Shown here piece after piece: positions 10,342-19,776 of a DNA stretch of 64,000 nucleotides. A program made the translations under genes and the position numbers. The stretch lies in the sequence record PZ445515.1. One strand, written 5' to 3'. Origin of the DNA: a phage. Position 1 is the stretch's first letter. Each line of letters begins with the position of its first letter. The notes beneath the pieces are model-generated. The model ran no database searches and had not been told where the DNA came from. It was given only the letters and a program-made list of their open reading frames with translations.

Positions 10342-11487
10342 ATGACTACTTTACTAAACCTGAATTGGGATCATACTAACGCCGACCTTTTCCTGGGAGA
10401 TTCTCTCGGTATCGCAGATTATGTACGTGTAGCACATCCAGAACTAGAACGTCTGGCACTTCTGCAGCGCTCTCAATTTTGGACTGAAACTGAAATCAGT
10501 CTGGAAGCAGATAAGAAACAATGGCCTAATCTCCCACGAGAAATTCAGGAAATTACACTCCTGAACTTAGCATGGCAAACTCAAACTGATTCCTTTATCA
10601 GTCGTGCCCCTGAAGCAGCTATTATGCCGCTTGTAAGTCGTCCAGAATTGGAAGGTATGCTCAAACAGTGGAGCTATTTTGAAGACCTGCATAGTCGTGC
10701 TTATAGCAATATTATTCGTAATGTGCTGACTGATCCAGCAGAATTTATTGATTCTGTAACCAAAAACCAAGAAGCATTCGCGCGCATCGCTGATTCTGTT
10801 GAACTATTCGATGAACTGTACCAGTTAGGTCAGTATTTCATCGCAGTACGCGATCATCGTGGCGACAATACATATCCAGAAACTGAGTTCCCTGAAGTTA
10901 AACGTGAAACTCAGGCTAAACTATTAGACGCTTACTTTGCGATCTATGGTCTGGAAGCAATGCAGTTTTACGCATCCTTTGCATGTACCTTTGCATTAGC
11001 AGAGAACGATATTCTGCAAGGTATTGCTAAAAATCTGCAATTAATCGCTAAAGATGAAGCTCTGCACACTCAGATGTCCAAAGCAATCATCCAGATTATG
11101 TTTCAGCAATTTGACAAAGATCTGGTAGATGAAGCAGTGGCTAAAGCACCAGCACAGCTCCTGAAAACTCTGAAAACTGAAATTGAATGGGGTCATTTCA
11201 TTTTCAAAGGTCGTAGTCTGATTGGCTTGAATGCAGAACTTCTAGAAGAATATCTGTATTTTGTGGGACGTAATGCATTTATGCACATCGGTGTAGAATG
11301 GCCTAGTCATTTACCAGTAATCACCAAAAACCCTATTCCGTGGATTATGAACTGGTTGGATACTACTTCTCTACAGCCTGCTCCACAAGAAATCCAGATT
11401 GGTGCAGCCTACCGTGTAGGTCAGGTAACTGAGACCTCTACTGATACTCTGAAAGATCTGGGTAATGAATTTGGAGATTTCTTATGA
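10342..11487 (+). CDS. nrdB: ribonucleotide reductase class I small subunit
   Basis: 381 aa; R2-like diiron motifs incl. EALHTQ; follows nrdA. Confidence 0.9.
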   Translation: MTTLLNLNWDHTNADLFLGDSLGIADYVRVAHPELERLALLQRSQFWTETEISLEADKKQWPNLPREIQEITLLNLAWQTQTDSFISRAPEAAIMPLVSRPELEGMLKQWSYFEDLHSRAYSNIIRNVLTDPAEFIDSVTKNQEAFARIADSVELFDELYQLGQYFIAVRDHRGDNTYPETEFPEVKRETQAKLLDAYFAIYGLEAMQFYASFACTFALAENDILQGIAKNLQLIAKDEALHTQMSKAIIQIMFQQFDKDLVDEAVAKAPAQLLKTLKTEIEWGHFIFKGRSLIGLNAELLEEYLYFVGRNAFMHIGVEWPSHLPVITKNPIPWIMNWLDTTSLQPAPQEIQIGAAYRVGQVTETSTDTLKDLGNEFGDFL

Positions 11488-12017
11488 TTACAGCAATGTA
11501 TGCAGTTGGGCCGAATGGGGAGTTCGGCCTCCGCGGTAAACTTCCATGGGGTTCCTTCAAAGAAGAACTAGATGCTTTCTATTCTCAACTGGACGTGTTG
11601 AATCCAGATAACATCATCATTGGTGCGGGTACTTATTTAGCTCTTCCATACGCCGTTAGAGAACGTATGATTGGAGCTTCTGACCTATTTATTCGTGCTG
11701 ATCGTCCACTGCCAGATGATATTACACATGATATTTACACCCCAATTTCTAAGATTGGGGATGCTTTACCTACATTTCTGAAAGATCAGCAGACAGTAGT
11801 TCTAGGTGGTGCTAACCTTCTTCTAGAAATGTATCAATATGGTCATATTGAAAGTGCTTTTGTATCCACAATCTTTAGTAATCAAAAACTAGAGGCAGAT
11901 GTATATCTGGATAATACGATTCTAGATTACAACTATGAATCTACTCGTTTAGTTTACGCAACTGGCGCAAACAGTGATAACAGCCTGCGATTTGTACAGG
12001 AATTGGTTACTTATTAA
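11484..12017 (+). CDS. frd: dihydrofolate reductase
   Basis: 177 aa; GLRGKLPWG...ALPYA resembles phage/bacterial DHFR; sits between nrdB and thyA. Confidence 0.75.
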   Translation: MITAMYAVGPNGEFGLRGKLPWGSFKEELDAFYSQLDVLNPDNIIIGAGTYLALPYAVRERMIGASDLFIRADRPLPDDITHDIYTPISKIGDALPTFLKDQQTVVLGGANLLLEMYQYGHIESAFVSTIFSNQKLEADVYLDNTILDYNYESTRLVYATGANSDNSLRFVQELVTY

Positions 12018-12871
12018 TGGATCAGTATATAGAAGTTGGAAAACGTATTCTATCAGAAGGTCAGTGGGTAACGAATCCCAGAACAGGGGTTCGTTGCCTC
12101 ACCATTATTGATGCAGATTTTACTTTTAACGTAGGTGCAGGTGAATTCCCACTTATTACTACTCGTAAGGCGTTTGCAAAACAAGCAATAATGGAAATGA
12201 TTGGGTATCTACGTGGGTATGATTCAGCAGCACAATTCCGCGCTATTGGTGTTAACACATGGAATGCTAATGCAAATGAAAACTTAGCTTGGCTAGACAA
12301 TCCATACCGTAAAGGTGAGGATGATATGGGACGAGTCTATGGTGTTCAAGGACGTCAGTGGACTAATTCCGATGGTCTTATGTTTGACCAACTAGCCAAG
12401 ATTTATCATAATCTGAAAAAGGGCATTGATGATCGTGGGGAAATTCTAACCTTCTGGAATCCGGGGGAGTTCTCAAAGGGTTGCTTACGTCCATGTATGC
12501 ATACTCATCAGTTCTCTATTTTGGGAGATACATTATATCTGAACTCTTTCCAGAGATCTAATGACTTCCTGTTAGGCCAAGTATTTAACATGGTTCAGTG
12601 CTATACGCTTCTAGCATTAATGGCACAGATTACAGGCCTTAAACCAGGGATTGCACGCCAGAAGATTATCAATCTTCATATCTATGAGGATCAGTATAAT
12701 GTTTTGATGGAGCATAAGCAATTTGATCGTGAACCCTTTGCACCTCCTACTCTAGAAATCAATCCAAATATCCGAACTCTGGAGGATGTATTGACCTGGG
12801 TAAATAAGGATGATTTTACTGTTCGTGGTTACGAACACCATCCTGCTATTGCATATCCATTCACTGTGTAA
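12017..12871 (+). CDS. thyA: thymidylate synthase
   Basis: 284 aa; catalytic [10 protein letters not shown] (PCH motif) and conserved ThyA core. Confidence 0.9.
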   Translation: MDQYIEVGKRILSEGQWVTNPRTGVRCLTIIDADFTFNVGAGEFPLITTRKAFAKQAIMEMIGYLRGYDSAAQFRAIGVNTWNANANENLAWLDNPYRKGEDDMGRVYGVQGRQWTNSDGLMFDQLAKIYHNLKKGIDDRGEILTFWNPGEFSKGCLRPCMHTHQFSILGDTLYLNSFQRSNDFLLGQVFNMVQCYTLLALMAQITGLKPGIARQKIINLHIYEDQYNVLMEHKQFDREPFAPPTLEINPNIRTLEDVLTWVNKDDFTVRGYEHHPAIAYPFTV

Positions 12872-12875
12872 TTTA

Positions 12876-12900
12876 AATAGCCCTTCGGGGCTATTATATT
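12876..12900 (+). terminator. rho-independent terminator
   Basis: Hairpin tagccc-ttcg-gggcta followed by T-rich run. Confidence 0.65.
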
Positions 12901-12910
12901 TAAATTTCAT

Positions 12911-12939
12911 TTGCTTATTTAGTGAAATTTAAATATAAT
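12911..12939 (+). promoter_or_regulatory. T5-type early promoter
   Basis: TTGCTT -35, 17 bp, TATAAT -10. Confidence 0.6.
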
Positions 12940-12965
12940 ATATTTTATAGATTGGAGATACACAT

Positions 12966-13169
12966 ATGGGACTCTTTAGAAAGAAAGTTTATTTAACAGA
13001 AAGCCAAGAGCACAAACTTCTTACTCTATCAGAACATTATCATTTACCCTATGACTACTTTGTAGATAGAGCAATAGAGGAACTCTTAGATAGGGAATTA
13101 GCGGCTATAAAACCTAACCCTCCCATCCCACCAAAAACCAGAAGTGTAGCAGAAGGTGAAAAGCCATGA
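12966..13169 (+). CDS. hypothetical protein
   Basis: 67 aa ORF behind promoter. Confidence 0.5.
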   Translation: MGLFRKKVYLTESQEHKLLTLSEHYHLPYDYFVDRAIEELLDRELAAIKPNPPIPPKTRSVAEGEKP

Positions 13170-13447
13170 TTTCAGCCAAAGAAGCCCAAGAACTTGCAGG
13201 ATTAACAGAAGTACCCGCTTTTCTAAAGTTTATAGAAGAAAAGATTGTAGAAGCTGCTAAGTCTGGAAATACAGAAGTAATTATTCGAGATAATCCTTAC
13301 GCTAGGTGGCTATATAATCCTAGAGAAATGCCAGGAGCCGCTAAATCGGTACTAAAAACCTTATCGGATAAGGGGTATCATCTCTCTCAATACTACCGAG
13401 AAGCCGCCTTTGTAGACATGGGTCTTAAAATTAGTTGGGAGGTATAA
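13166..13447 (+). CDS. hypothetical protein
   Basis: 93 aa ORF, ATGA overlap with upstream gene. Confidence 0.5.
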   Translation: MISAKEAQELAGLTEVPAFLKFIEEKIVEAAKSGNTEVIIRDNPYARWLYNPREMPGAAKSVLKTLSDKGYHLSQYYREAAFVDMGLKISWEV

Positions 13448-13923
13448 TGTCGGTTTTCCACATTTACACAGATGGTGCTTGTAAGTCTAATCCAGGTCCA
13501 GGTGCTTGGGGTTTTATTGTCTATGATGATAACGACGATCGTTTAGGTTCTAAATCTGGTTATAATCCTAAAACTACAAATAATGAGATGGAACTCACAG
13601 CTATCGTAGAAGCCCTACGTTGGTCTGTTAAAAAAGATAATAGACCAATTGCTATCTATACTGACTCTGCTTATTGCAAAAATGGCATGGAAAGTTGGAT
13701 GTTTTCTTGGCAAAGGAAAGGCTGGAAGAAAGCAGATGGTGAAGTTCCTCTTAATCTAGAACTTTGGCAGGAAGCATTTAAATTAACACAGCAGTATATC
13801 AACTTTCATAATACTAACCCTACCTTTATTAAGGTTAAAGGACATTCTGGTATTAGTGGTAATGAGGCTGTAGACGCCTTATGTAATACAGTTATTACTG
13901 AAGCTGAAATGGCTGAGATGTGA
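13447..13923 (+). CDS. rnh: ribonuclease H
   Basis: 158 aa from ATG 13447; IYTDGACKSNPGPGAWG and downstream E/D/H/D motifs of RNase HI. Confidence 0.85.
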   Translation: MSVFHIYTDGACKSNPGPGAWGFIVYDDNDDRLGSKSGYNPKTTNNEMELTAIVEALRWSVKKDNRPIAIYTDSAYCKNGMESWMFSWQRKGWKKADGEVPLNLELWQEAFKLTQQYINFHNTNPTFIKVKGHSGISGNEAVDALCNTVITEAEMAEM

Positions 13924-13944
13924 TAAATAAATTAAAAAATTCTC

Positions 13945-13973
13945 TTGCTTAAAGCCCTATAATTTAGTATAAT
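13945..13973 (+). promoter_or_regulatory. T5-type early promoter
   Basis: TTGCTT -35, 17 bp, TATAAT -10. Confidence 0.55.
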
Positions 13974-14000
13974 ATTCGTATTGAAAGTGAGGAGGGCTTT

Positions 14001-14285
14001 ATGCGGATCTATAACTCAAATTCATTAGGATTTAAACCATTGAGAAAACGTGCACAATCACCTCGTCAAATAAGAAAGGCTAATATTGGCGAGCCAGAAA
14101 CACGTCTTCCACCTCCTCCAGAACAACGTTTAGTTTATTTGGACGAAGAATTAGCGGAACGCGAAAGAAAAGCTCAAGAAGAGATTGAGCGTAAGAAAAT
14201 GTGTACTGCTCCAGCCTACTCCAAAGGGGCTTATCAGTATATCTATACAGCCGAGGAGGCTAAAGATGCGGGGCGTAAAAAATGA
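14001..14285 (+). CDS. hypothetical basic protein
   Basis: 94 aa ORF. Confidence 0.5.
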   Translation: MRIYNSNSLGFKPLRKRAQSPRQIRKANIGEPETRLPPPPEQRLVYLDEELAERERKAQEEIERKKMCTAPAYSKGAYQYIYTAEEAKDAGRKK

Positions 14286-14731
14286 AGATTACTGAATTTA
14301 AAGGTACTTATAGTTTCTTATCTAACTTTTATTTATCACCAATTACTTTCGAATATCTAAATGAGATATGGCATGCTGATACTGTAGAACATGCTTTTCA
14401 GGCTATGAAATCCGACCAAAAAGATGATGTAGCTCATGTACTCCGCTCCCTAAATGCAGGAGTTGCTAAACGTAGAGGACGTAAATTAACCCTACGCTCT
14501 GACTGGGATAAAGTAAAAGATGATGTAATGCTAGAGCTTTTACGATTAAAGTTTGCAATTCCTGATTTAAGAGATAAACTGTTAGCAACAGAAAATGCAA
14601 CTTTGATCGAAGGAAATACCTGGGGAGATACATATTGGGGTGTTTGCCGAGGCATCGGGGATAATACTTTAGGAGTCCTTTTGATGCAAGTAAGGTCTGA
14701 AATTAAAAGAAGCTTACAGTTAATAAATTAA
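14282..14731 (+). CDS. NADAR / YbiA-family protein (N-glycosidase-like, possible ADP-ribosyl hydrolase)
   Basis: 149 aa; motifs LSNFY, EHAFQAMK, EGNTWGDTYWG, GDNTLGVLLMQVR match YbiA/NADAR core. Confidence 0.8.
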   Translation: MKITEFKGTYSFLSNFYLSPITFEYLNEIWHADTVEHAFQAMKSDQKDDVAHVLRSLNAGVAKRRGRKLTLRSDWDKVKDDVMLELLRLKFAIPDLRDKLLATENATLIEGNTWGDTYWGVCRGIGDNTLGVLLMQVRSEIKRSLQLIN

Positions 14732-14738
14732 AAATTCA

Positions 14739-14768
14739 TTTGCTAAACGCTTCAAATTCTCGTATAAT
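14739..14768 (+). promoter_or_regulatory. T5-type early promoter
   Basis: TTGCTA -35, 18 bp, TATAAT -10. Confidence 0.6.
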
Positions 14769-14806
14769 ATACTTCATAAATTGATAAACAAAAAGGAAAA
14801 CAAATA

Positions 14807-15322
14807 ATGGCTAAGCAGAAAAACGCAAAAACTCAAGCAGCCCCGGCAGTTAAAACTTTCCCGCAGACCGAGGCTAATCGCAAAGCTCGTCTGGAACGTC
14901 ACCTGCGTAAGCATCCTACCGATGCTCAGGCTGCGCAAGCATTGAATAATCCGGCTCCGATTCGTAAGAAGCCTAAAGCTAAAAATGCCACCCGTAAATC
15001 CTACAAAATGGTTATGTATGTAGAAAATTACGGCCACAAATCTGTCCCAGTATCTTTGAGTTTCAACGCTGGGGCTGAATTGTTCTCTCGTAATGGTATG
15101 TCTATGAAAGACTACGAGAAGGCAGTTAACCAGAAGCGTAAACCAACAGCAGATGTATTGCGCGATACTCGTGGACAGTTTGGTTCTGTTAAGCCAAATA
15201 TCTTTGGCGTAGAGTATAGTAAAGATAATGTTCGCGCTCTGTGTTACGGTGTAGGCATTAAGTTCACTGGTGATTCTGCTCGTAAATCTGCTAAACCAGC
15301 TCGCAAGCGTAAAGCGAAGTAA
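14807..15322 (+). CDS. hypothetical highly basic protein (possible nucleic-acid binding)
   Basis: 171 aa, K/R-rich N- and C-termini. Confidence 0.55.
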   Translation: MAKQKNAKTQAAPAVKTFPQTEANRKARLERHLRKHPTDAQAAQALNNPAPIRKKPKAKNATRKSYKMVMYVENYGHKSVPVSLSFNAGAELFSRNGMSMKDYEKAVNQKRKPTADVLRDTRGQFGSVKPNIFGVEYSKDNVRALCYGVGIKFTGDSARKSAKPARKRKAK

Positions 15323-15387
15323 TAGATAAATAGGGGCAGAAGCCCCTACAATCCACTAATTCTCTAACTAATCAAGGATATTTTTTT

Positions 15388-15603
15388 ATGTTCTCTAAGA
15401 AACCACGTTCTGTTACTGAAATCGTTGCTTCCTTTACCACTATCACTGATGAGCTTCAAGCTCGTATTGAGGCTGATCAAAAAATCGCAGCTGATATTCA
15501 GAAACAGCAGGAAGAACTCGCTTTAAAGTTGGCTGAAACCAACAAGAGTGAAAAATCTGCCCAAACTATTATGGAAAATATCCTTAAACTGCTGGGCAAG
15601 TGA
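15388..15603 (+). CDS. hypothetical protein
   Basis: 71 aa coiled-coil-like ORF. Confidence 0.5.
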   Translation: MFSKKPRSVTEIVASFTTITDELQARIEADQKIAADIQKQQEELALKLAETNKSEKSAQTIMENILKLLGK

Positions 15604-15610
15604 TTTAAAT

Positions 15611-15634
15611 CAGGGGGCGAAAGCCCCTCTTATT
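15611..15634 (+). terminator. rho-independent terminator
   Basis: Hairpin gggggc-gaaa-gcccc then TCTTATTT. Confidence 0.6.
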
Positions 15635-15644
15635 TGGAGAAACT

Positions 15645-15881
15645 ATGCGTAATTTTGTGGCAAAGAATGATTTTAACCGTGCTACCACCCATAAGTCAGC
15701 TAGGGATTATACACGACTTTCTAGTCATGAGGTAATGGATACCTGTTATGAAGAGTTGGAAGGTAGTTGGGATGAATGGCCCGACTTCTCTATGGAAGAG
15801 AACTGGGATGTCAGTGAGGATATGCTCCCTGGTTTTAAAGACCCCAAGAAGTGGGAGTCTATTAAAGAGACAGCTCTTTAA
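15645..15881 (+). CDS. hypothetical acidic protein
   Basis: 78 aa ORF. Confidence 0.5.
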   Translation: MRNFVAKNDFNRATTHKSARDYTRLSSHEVMDTCYEELEGSWDEWPDFSMEENWDVSEDMLPGFKDPKKWESIKETAL

Positions 15882-15909
15882 TAGTTTTCTACACAATAAA
15901 GGATAACTT

Positions 15910-16611
15910 ATGAAAGTAAAACCATTTGGTATGCTAGATATTGAATCTCTGGGAACTCCAGGAGATTGTGGTACTACTCATATCGCAATGCCTTCTTTCG
16001 CTTTTGTGGCTATGCATGGAATTGATAAAGACCCTGATCTAGTATTTGTTACTTTGGATGTACAAGATCAGCTTAATTCTGGTGCTAAAGTTACAGCATC
16101 TACTCTAGCATTCTGGATGGATCAAGCTAAAAATAGCCCGTCTGCTATTCACATTATGGAAGCTATGAAGGAACGTAATCCAAAACTGATTGCCTTCCAA
16201 AATGGTAAACATCATTGCACTAATAAATTTGGCTCAAACTATGCTGCCTTCTCTATGGCTCAAAATATTATGGAGTTGGCTCTAGGCGAAAATGCTTTGT
16301 ATTATGGTAATGGCCCAGAGTTTGATATGACTATCTACTCTGCAAACACATTCCATGCTGGAACCAATGAAGAGGTAGTTCCGTGGAAATTCTGGAATTT
16401 GGGCAATGTTCGATCTCTTCGTAATCTCTGGATGCAAGCTGATTATAGTTACAAAGATCTAGAGGCTGAAGGTATTAGCTGGGCAAAAGCTAAAATGGAG
16501 AAGATGGACACCATTCGTTATGGGATCTATCCGGTTAAGCATGATCCTGCATTTGATGCCTTAGTTGAAAGCTATTGTGTTGCAGCTATGATCGAAAAAA
16601 TGAAAATTTGA
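15910..16611 (+). CDS. putative DEDD-type 3'-5' exonuclease-like protein
   Basis: 233 aa; MLDIESLG (exo I-like) and HDPAFDA (H-x4-D exo III-like); assignment tentative. Confidence 0.35.
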   Translation: MKVKPFGMLDIESLGTPGDCGTTHIAMPSFAFVAMHGIDKDPDLVFVTLDVQDQLNSGAKVTASTLAFWMDQAKNSPSAIHIMEAMKERNPKLIAFQNGKHHCTNKFGSNYAAFSMAQNIMELALGENALYYGNGPEFDMTIYSANTFHAGTNEEVVPWKFWNLGNVRSLRNLWMQADYSYKDLEAEGISWAKAKMEKMDTIRYGIYPVKHDPAFDALVESYCVAAMIEKMKI

Positions 16612-16612
16612 T

Positions 16613-16641
16613 TTGCTTCCGGCTCCAAAATTCTGTATAAT
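16613..16641 (+). promoter_or_regulatory. T5-type early promoter
   Basis: TTGCTT -35, 17 bp, TATAAT -10. Confidence 0.6.
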
Positions 16642-16681
16642 ATATTCATAAATTTGAGAAAACAATAAAAGGAAAACAAAT

Positions 16682-16864
16682 ATGCCAGTATCTAAAAATG
16701 TTCGTAAAAATGGTAAGAAAGCTACTCGTAATCTGGGTATCCGTCGTATGGCTGAACGTCAATCAGGTGTCCAGAAAATCTTTGATCTGCTAAATCGTGC
16801 TAATCCTAAAATTGATAACAGTAACGATACTGTTCTGCGCACTCTGCTGGCAATTGGTCTGTAA
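16682..16864 (+). CDS. hypothetical small basic protein
   Basis: 60 aa ORF. Confidence 0.45.
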   Translation: MPVSKNVRKNGKKATRNLGIRRMAERQSGVQKIFDLLNRANPKIDNSNDTVLRTLLAIGL

Positions 16865-16917
16865 TAGACCAACTTTAAACAAATTCAAATCTCAAACCTC
16901 ATATAAGGAAACAAATA

Positions 16918-17556
16918 ATGACTACTCGTATTTCTAAAACTCGCGCTCTAGCAACTATCAAATCTCTGGAAGCTAAAATCCGTAAAGCTACTGAACAGCA
17001 GCTTCTGATCGCTGTTGGTGAAGGTAAGGATAAAAACCAGGTTGTAGTTGGCGCTGCAATCGAAGTAGCTGATCTGTCTACTCGTATTAAGACTGATTTC
17101 CAGTCTCTGCTGGATATGATGTCTCAGCGTGATCGTATTAAATCTGCTCTGATTAAGAGCAATGCAGAAACAATCGTTGAGATCGGTTCTCGTAAAATGA
17201 CTGTTGCGGAAGCAATTGAAGCTAAGCGTTCTATGGAGCTTAAAGCTCAACTGCTGGCTAACATGCGTAAGCAGTTCCATGCCGCTACGGTTAAGTTTAA
17301 TACGCAGAAAGCACAGTTTGATGCTAAATATGAGCGTTTGCAGGATAGCATGGCTACCCGTGATAAGAAAACTTCCGAAGATGAAGTTAAAATGCAACTC
17401 AACCTGCTGGAACTCAAGAATACTCCATTCTTGATTGATCCGCTGGAACTGGAGAAGTTGATTAAGCAGCATGACGAGGAATACCAGGACTTTGCAACAA
17501 ATGTTGACTTTGTTCTGTCCGAGTCTAACGCCTCTACCTTCATTGAAGTAGAGTAA
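16918..17556 (+). CDS. hypothetical protein
   Basis: 212 aa ORF with RBS; antisense ORFs in same interval judged spurious. Confidence 0.6.
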   Translation: MTTRISKTRALATIKSLEAKIRKATEQQLLIAVGEGKDKNQVVVGAAIEVADLSTRIKTDFQSLLDMMSQRDRIKSALIKSNAETIVEIGSRKMTVAEAIEAKRSMELKAQLLANMRKQFHAATVKFNTQKAQFDAKYERLQDSMATRDKKTSEDEVKMQLNLLELKNTPFLIDPLELEKLIKQHDEEYQDFATNVDFVLSESNASTFIEVE

Positions 17557-17938
17557 TAATTTAAAAGCTAGTAAATCGGTAGACGAAAGCCCAAGCATCT
17601 TACCTCGCAGCAGCGGTTGAAATACGAGGTTAAATAAGACCGCTGACCATACTATAAAGTATAATCTATTGGAGATTATGTTTATTACACCAGCCTTTTA
17701 AGCTGACACGTAAGAACAAAGCGTCGTTGATATTACCGACACAACTTCAAAGATCAACATTTAAGTATGAAAGCTGAAAAGTTTAAAGAACTCAAACTTC
17801 TAAACTTCTAAAGCTAAAAGATGCAAAGTATTCGTTGATGATTCAAACCCTAGATCAAAGGTACATGGCTCATAAGATATGGCCTGTGGCGCCTCTAGGC
17901 TGTTTATCGGTTTACTAGTTTCACAATTTAAAAATGTA

Positions 17939-17968
17939 TTTGCTAATTTACTAAGTTATCTGTATAAT
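17939..17968 (+). promoter_or_regulatory. T5-type early promoter
   Basis: TTGCTA -35, 18 bp, TATAAT -10. Confidence 0.6.
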
Positions 17969-17998
17969 ATATTTTTAAATTGATGAAACGAGGCTATT

Positions 17999-18316
17999 AT
18001 GACTTTTCATATTTTGATTGATGATGTGCGTAATCTTCACGGAATGGACATTATCATTCGAACCCCAGAAGCCGCTGTAGAGTTTCTGAATAAAACTGAT
18101 ACCACCGGCCATTTCGTTTATATGGATAATGACTTGGCTGTAGATGGTATGGAAGGTTATCAAATTCTTCGTTTACTCTTAGAATTTGGGCAGAGACCAA
18201 AGAAAGTGGTACTAGTAACCTCGAACCCAGTAGCTAAGCAAAATATGCGTAATGATTTGCTTGACTTAGGGTATAAAGAAAATCCCAATCGTGTTGAATA
18301 TGATTGGCAGGAGTAA
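17999..18316 (+). CDS. hypothetical protein with receiver (CheY-like) domain resemblance
   Basis: 105 aa; ILIDDV...MDNDL...LVTSNP pattern resembles response-regulator receiver fold; tentative. Confidence 0.3.
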   Translation: MTFHILIDDVRNLHGMDIIIRTPEAAVEFLNKTDTTGHFVYMDNDLAVDGMEGYQILRLLLEFGQRPKKVVLVTSNPVAKQNMRNDLLDLGYKENPNRVEYDWQE

Positions 18317-18321
18317 AAAGA

Positions 18322-18771
18322 ATGAAGGCAGCTTTGCTTTTAGTAGCTGCCCTTACCTTCAGCTTTAGTAGTCAGGCATCGCACGATGCAAAAGAAATAG
18401 ATTGCATTGCTAAAAATATCTATTTCGAAAGTCGTGGTGAGGGCATAAAGGGAATGACGGCGATTGCACATGTTACTAAAAACCGTGTAAACTCCGGTAA
18501 ATTCCCAGATTCCTACTGTAAAGTAGTATATCAGTCTAACCAGTTCTCTTGGGTATCTAAGAGACCAAAAGTTGATAAAACTGATGAGGCTTGGCAAACC
18601 GCTAAGAATTTAGCTAGAGTGATATACTACGTTGATTTACCACAAGATCCTACATATGGAGCACTATACTTCCATAGTGGTAAAGATAAACCTTACTGGA
18701 CAAAGAAGTTTAAGAAAACAACTAAGATTAAGGGACATACATTCTATAAACCTGTTGTCACTAAAACTTAA
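18322..18771 (+). CDS. secreted cell-wall hydrolase (SleB/CwlJ-like)
   Basis: N-terminal signal peptide; IAKNIYFESRGEG...AIAHVTKNR...FP-SYCKVVYQSNQFSW matches hydrolase_2 family. Confidence 0.6.
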   Translation: MKAALLLVAALTFSFSSQASHDAKEIDCIAKNIYFESRGEGIKGMTAIAHVTKNRVNSGKFPDSYCKVVYQSNQFSWVSKRPKVDKTDEAWQTAKNLARVIYYVDLPQDPTYGALYFHSGKDKPYWTKKFKKTTKIKGHTFYKPVVTKT

Positions 18772-18778
18772 AAATTTA

Positions 18779-18808
18779 CTTGCTTAGCTACTTAAATTTC
18801 TGTATAAT
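18779..18808 (+). promoter_or_regulatory. T5-type early promoter
   Basis: TTGCTT -35, 18 bp, TATAAT -10. Confidence 0.6.
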
Positions 18809-18838
18809 ACTTTCATAAATTAATGAGAGGAAGCGAAA

Positions 18839-19010
18839 TATGAAATCAGTTGTAATTATTGGTGTTAACACTCGCGGTATTCGTACTACGAAAACTGTTA
18901 AAACTTCTAACGTTGCTGAAATAACTACGAACCCTAAAAAGTTTGATTTCGCCAAAGTCTCAGCAGTTATGACAGAACAATCTTTTAACCAAGCATTGGG
19001 GATGAAATAA
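18839..19010 (+). CDS. hypothetical small protein
   Basis: 56 aa ORF with RBS GAGAGGAAG; stop overlaps next ATG. Confidence 0.4.
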
Positions 19011-19444
19011 TGGGTGAAAATATTCTAATGACCCTTCGTGGACTACTTAGTCTAGCACGTACTCACGGTGATAAGGAACGGGCACTTAATCTTCAGACCA
19101 TGATTGGTGATCTGCAACGTATTGATAAAGACATTGTTACTCGAACCGAGTTCGTAGCCTATCTGAAAGCTCAGATTAAGGCTCTAGAAAATGCAAAACA
19201 ACGCGCTATTAAAGTTGGTATGGAAGTTCCTACTGATGTAGACTATGAGCAACTGCTTTATTCCATGCTGCAAGAGTATCAGCCAAGTCAACTGACTGAG
19301 GTTCAGATTCGTGAGTATTTTGCAGAACTGGTTAAATTAAACCCAGGTATTACCAAAGCTCTATTAATGAAAACTATTAAGGCAGAATTTCCCGGACGTT
19401 ATGACGGTAAAACAACTGCTTTGATTGCTAGTGAATTTTTCTAA
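19010..19444 (+). CDS. hypothetical protein
   Basis: 144 aa ORF. Confidence 0.55.
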   Translation: MGENILMTLRGLLSLARTHGDKERALNLQTMIGDLQRIDKDIVTRTEFVAYLKAQIKALENAKQRAIKVGMEVPTDVDYEQLLYSMLQEYQPSQLTEVQIREYFAELVKLNPGITKALLMKTIKAEFPGRYDGKTTALIASEFF

Positions 19445-19452
19445 AAATTCAT

Positions 19453-19481
19453 TTGCTAAATGCTTATAAATTCTGTATAAT
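19453..19481 (+). promoter_or_regulatory. T5-type early promoter (no ORF follows)
   Basis: TTGCTA -35, 17 bp, TATAAT -10; followed by about 800 nt without ORF. Confidence 0.6.
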
Positions 19482-19704
19482 ATATTCATAAATTAGGGAA
19501 CAGCGAGCCGATTACGCTGAGTGCAGAATCCCAACCGGAGCGCATTGAATAGAGTCGGTGGGTTAGTTGTAAAACTAGTACACAGGGGGCGGCAATCCCG
19601 GTTAGTGGCTAGAACGTGTAAAATGAGGCGTCTGAAACCTCTCCCCTAAACTCTTCTCTGATTTATAAATAGTGGGGTGTGGAAATCACTTATGTAGTAA
19701 CACT

Positions 19705-19776
19705 GCCGTCCTAGTATAATTGGTATTATCAAGCCGTAACTGGTGGAAGATGTAGGTTCGAATCCTACGGTCGGTA
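19705..19776 (+). ncRNA. tRNA-like element (no encoded CCA, poor D/anticodon arms)
   Basis: T-arm gtagg-TTCGAAT-cctac and 6/7 acceptor pairing, but no 3' CCA unlike all other tRNAs here. Confidence 0.3.

Noticed and set aside
16948-17598. 216-aa minus-strand ORF and nested ORFs 17204-17434 and 17247-17543
   Set aside because: Antisense to the 16918-17556 gene, which has the proper RBS and promoter context; products are serine/leucine-rich low-complexity
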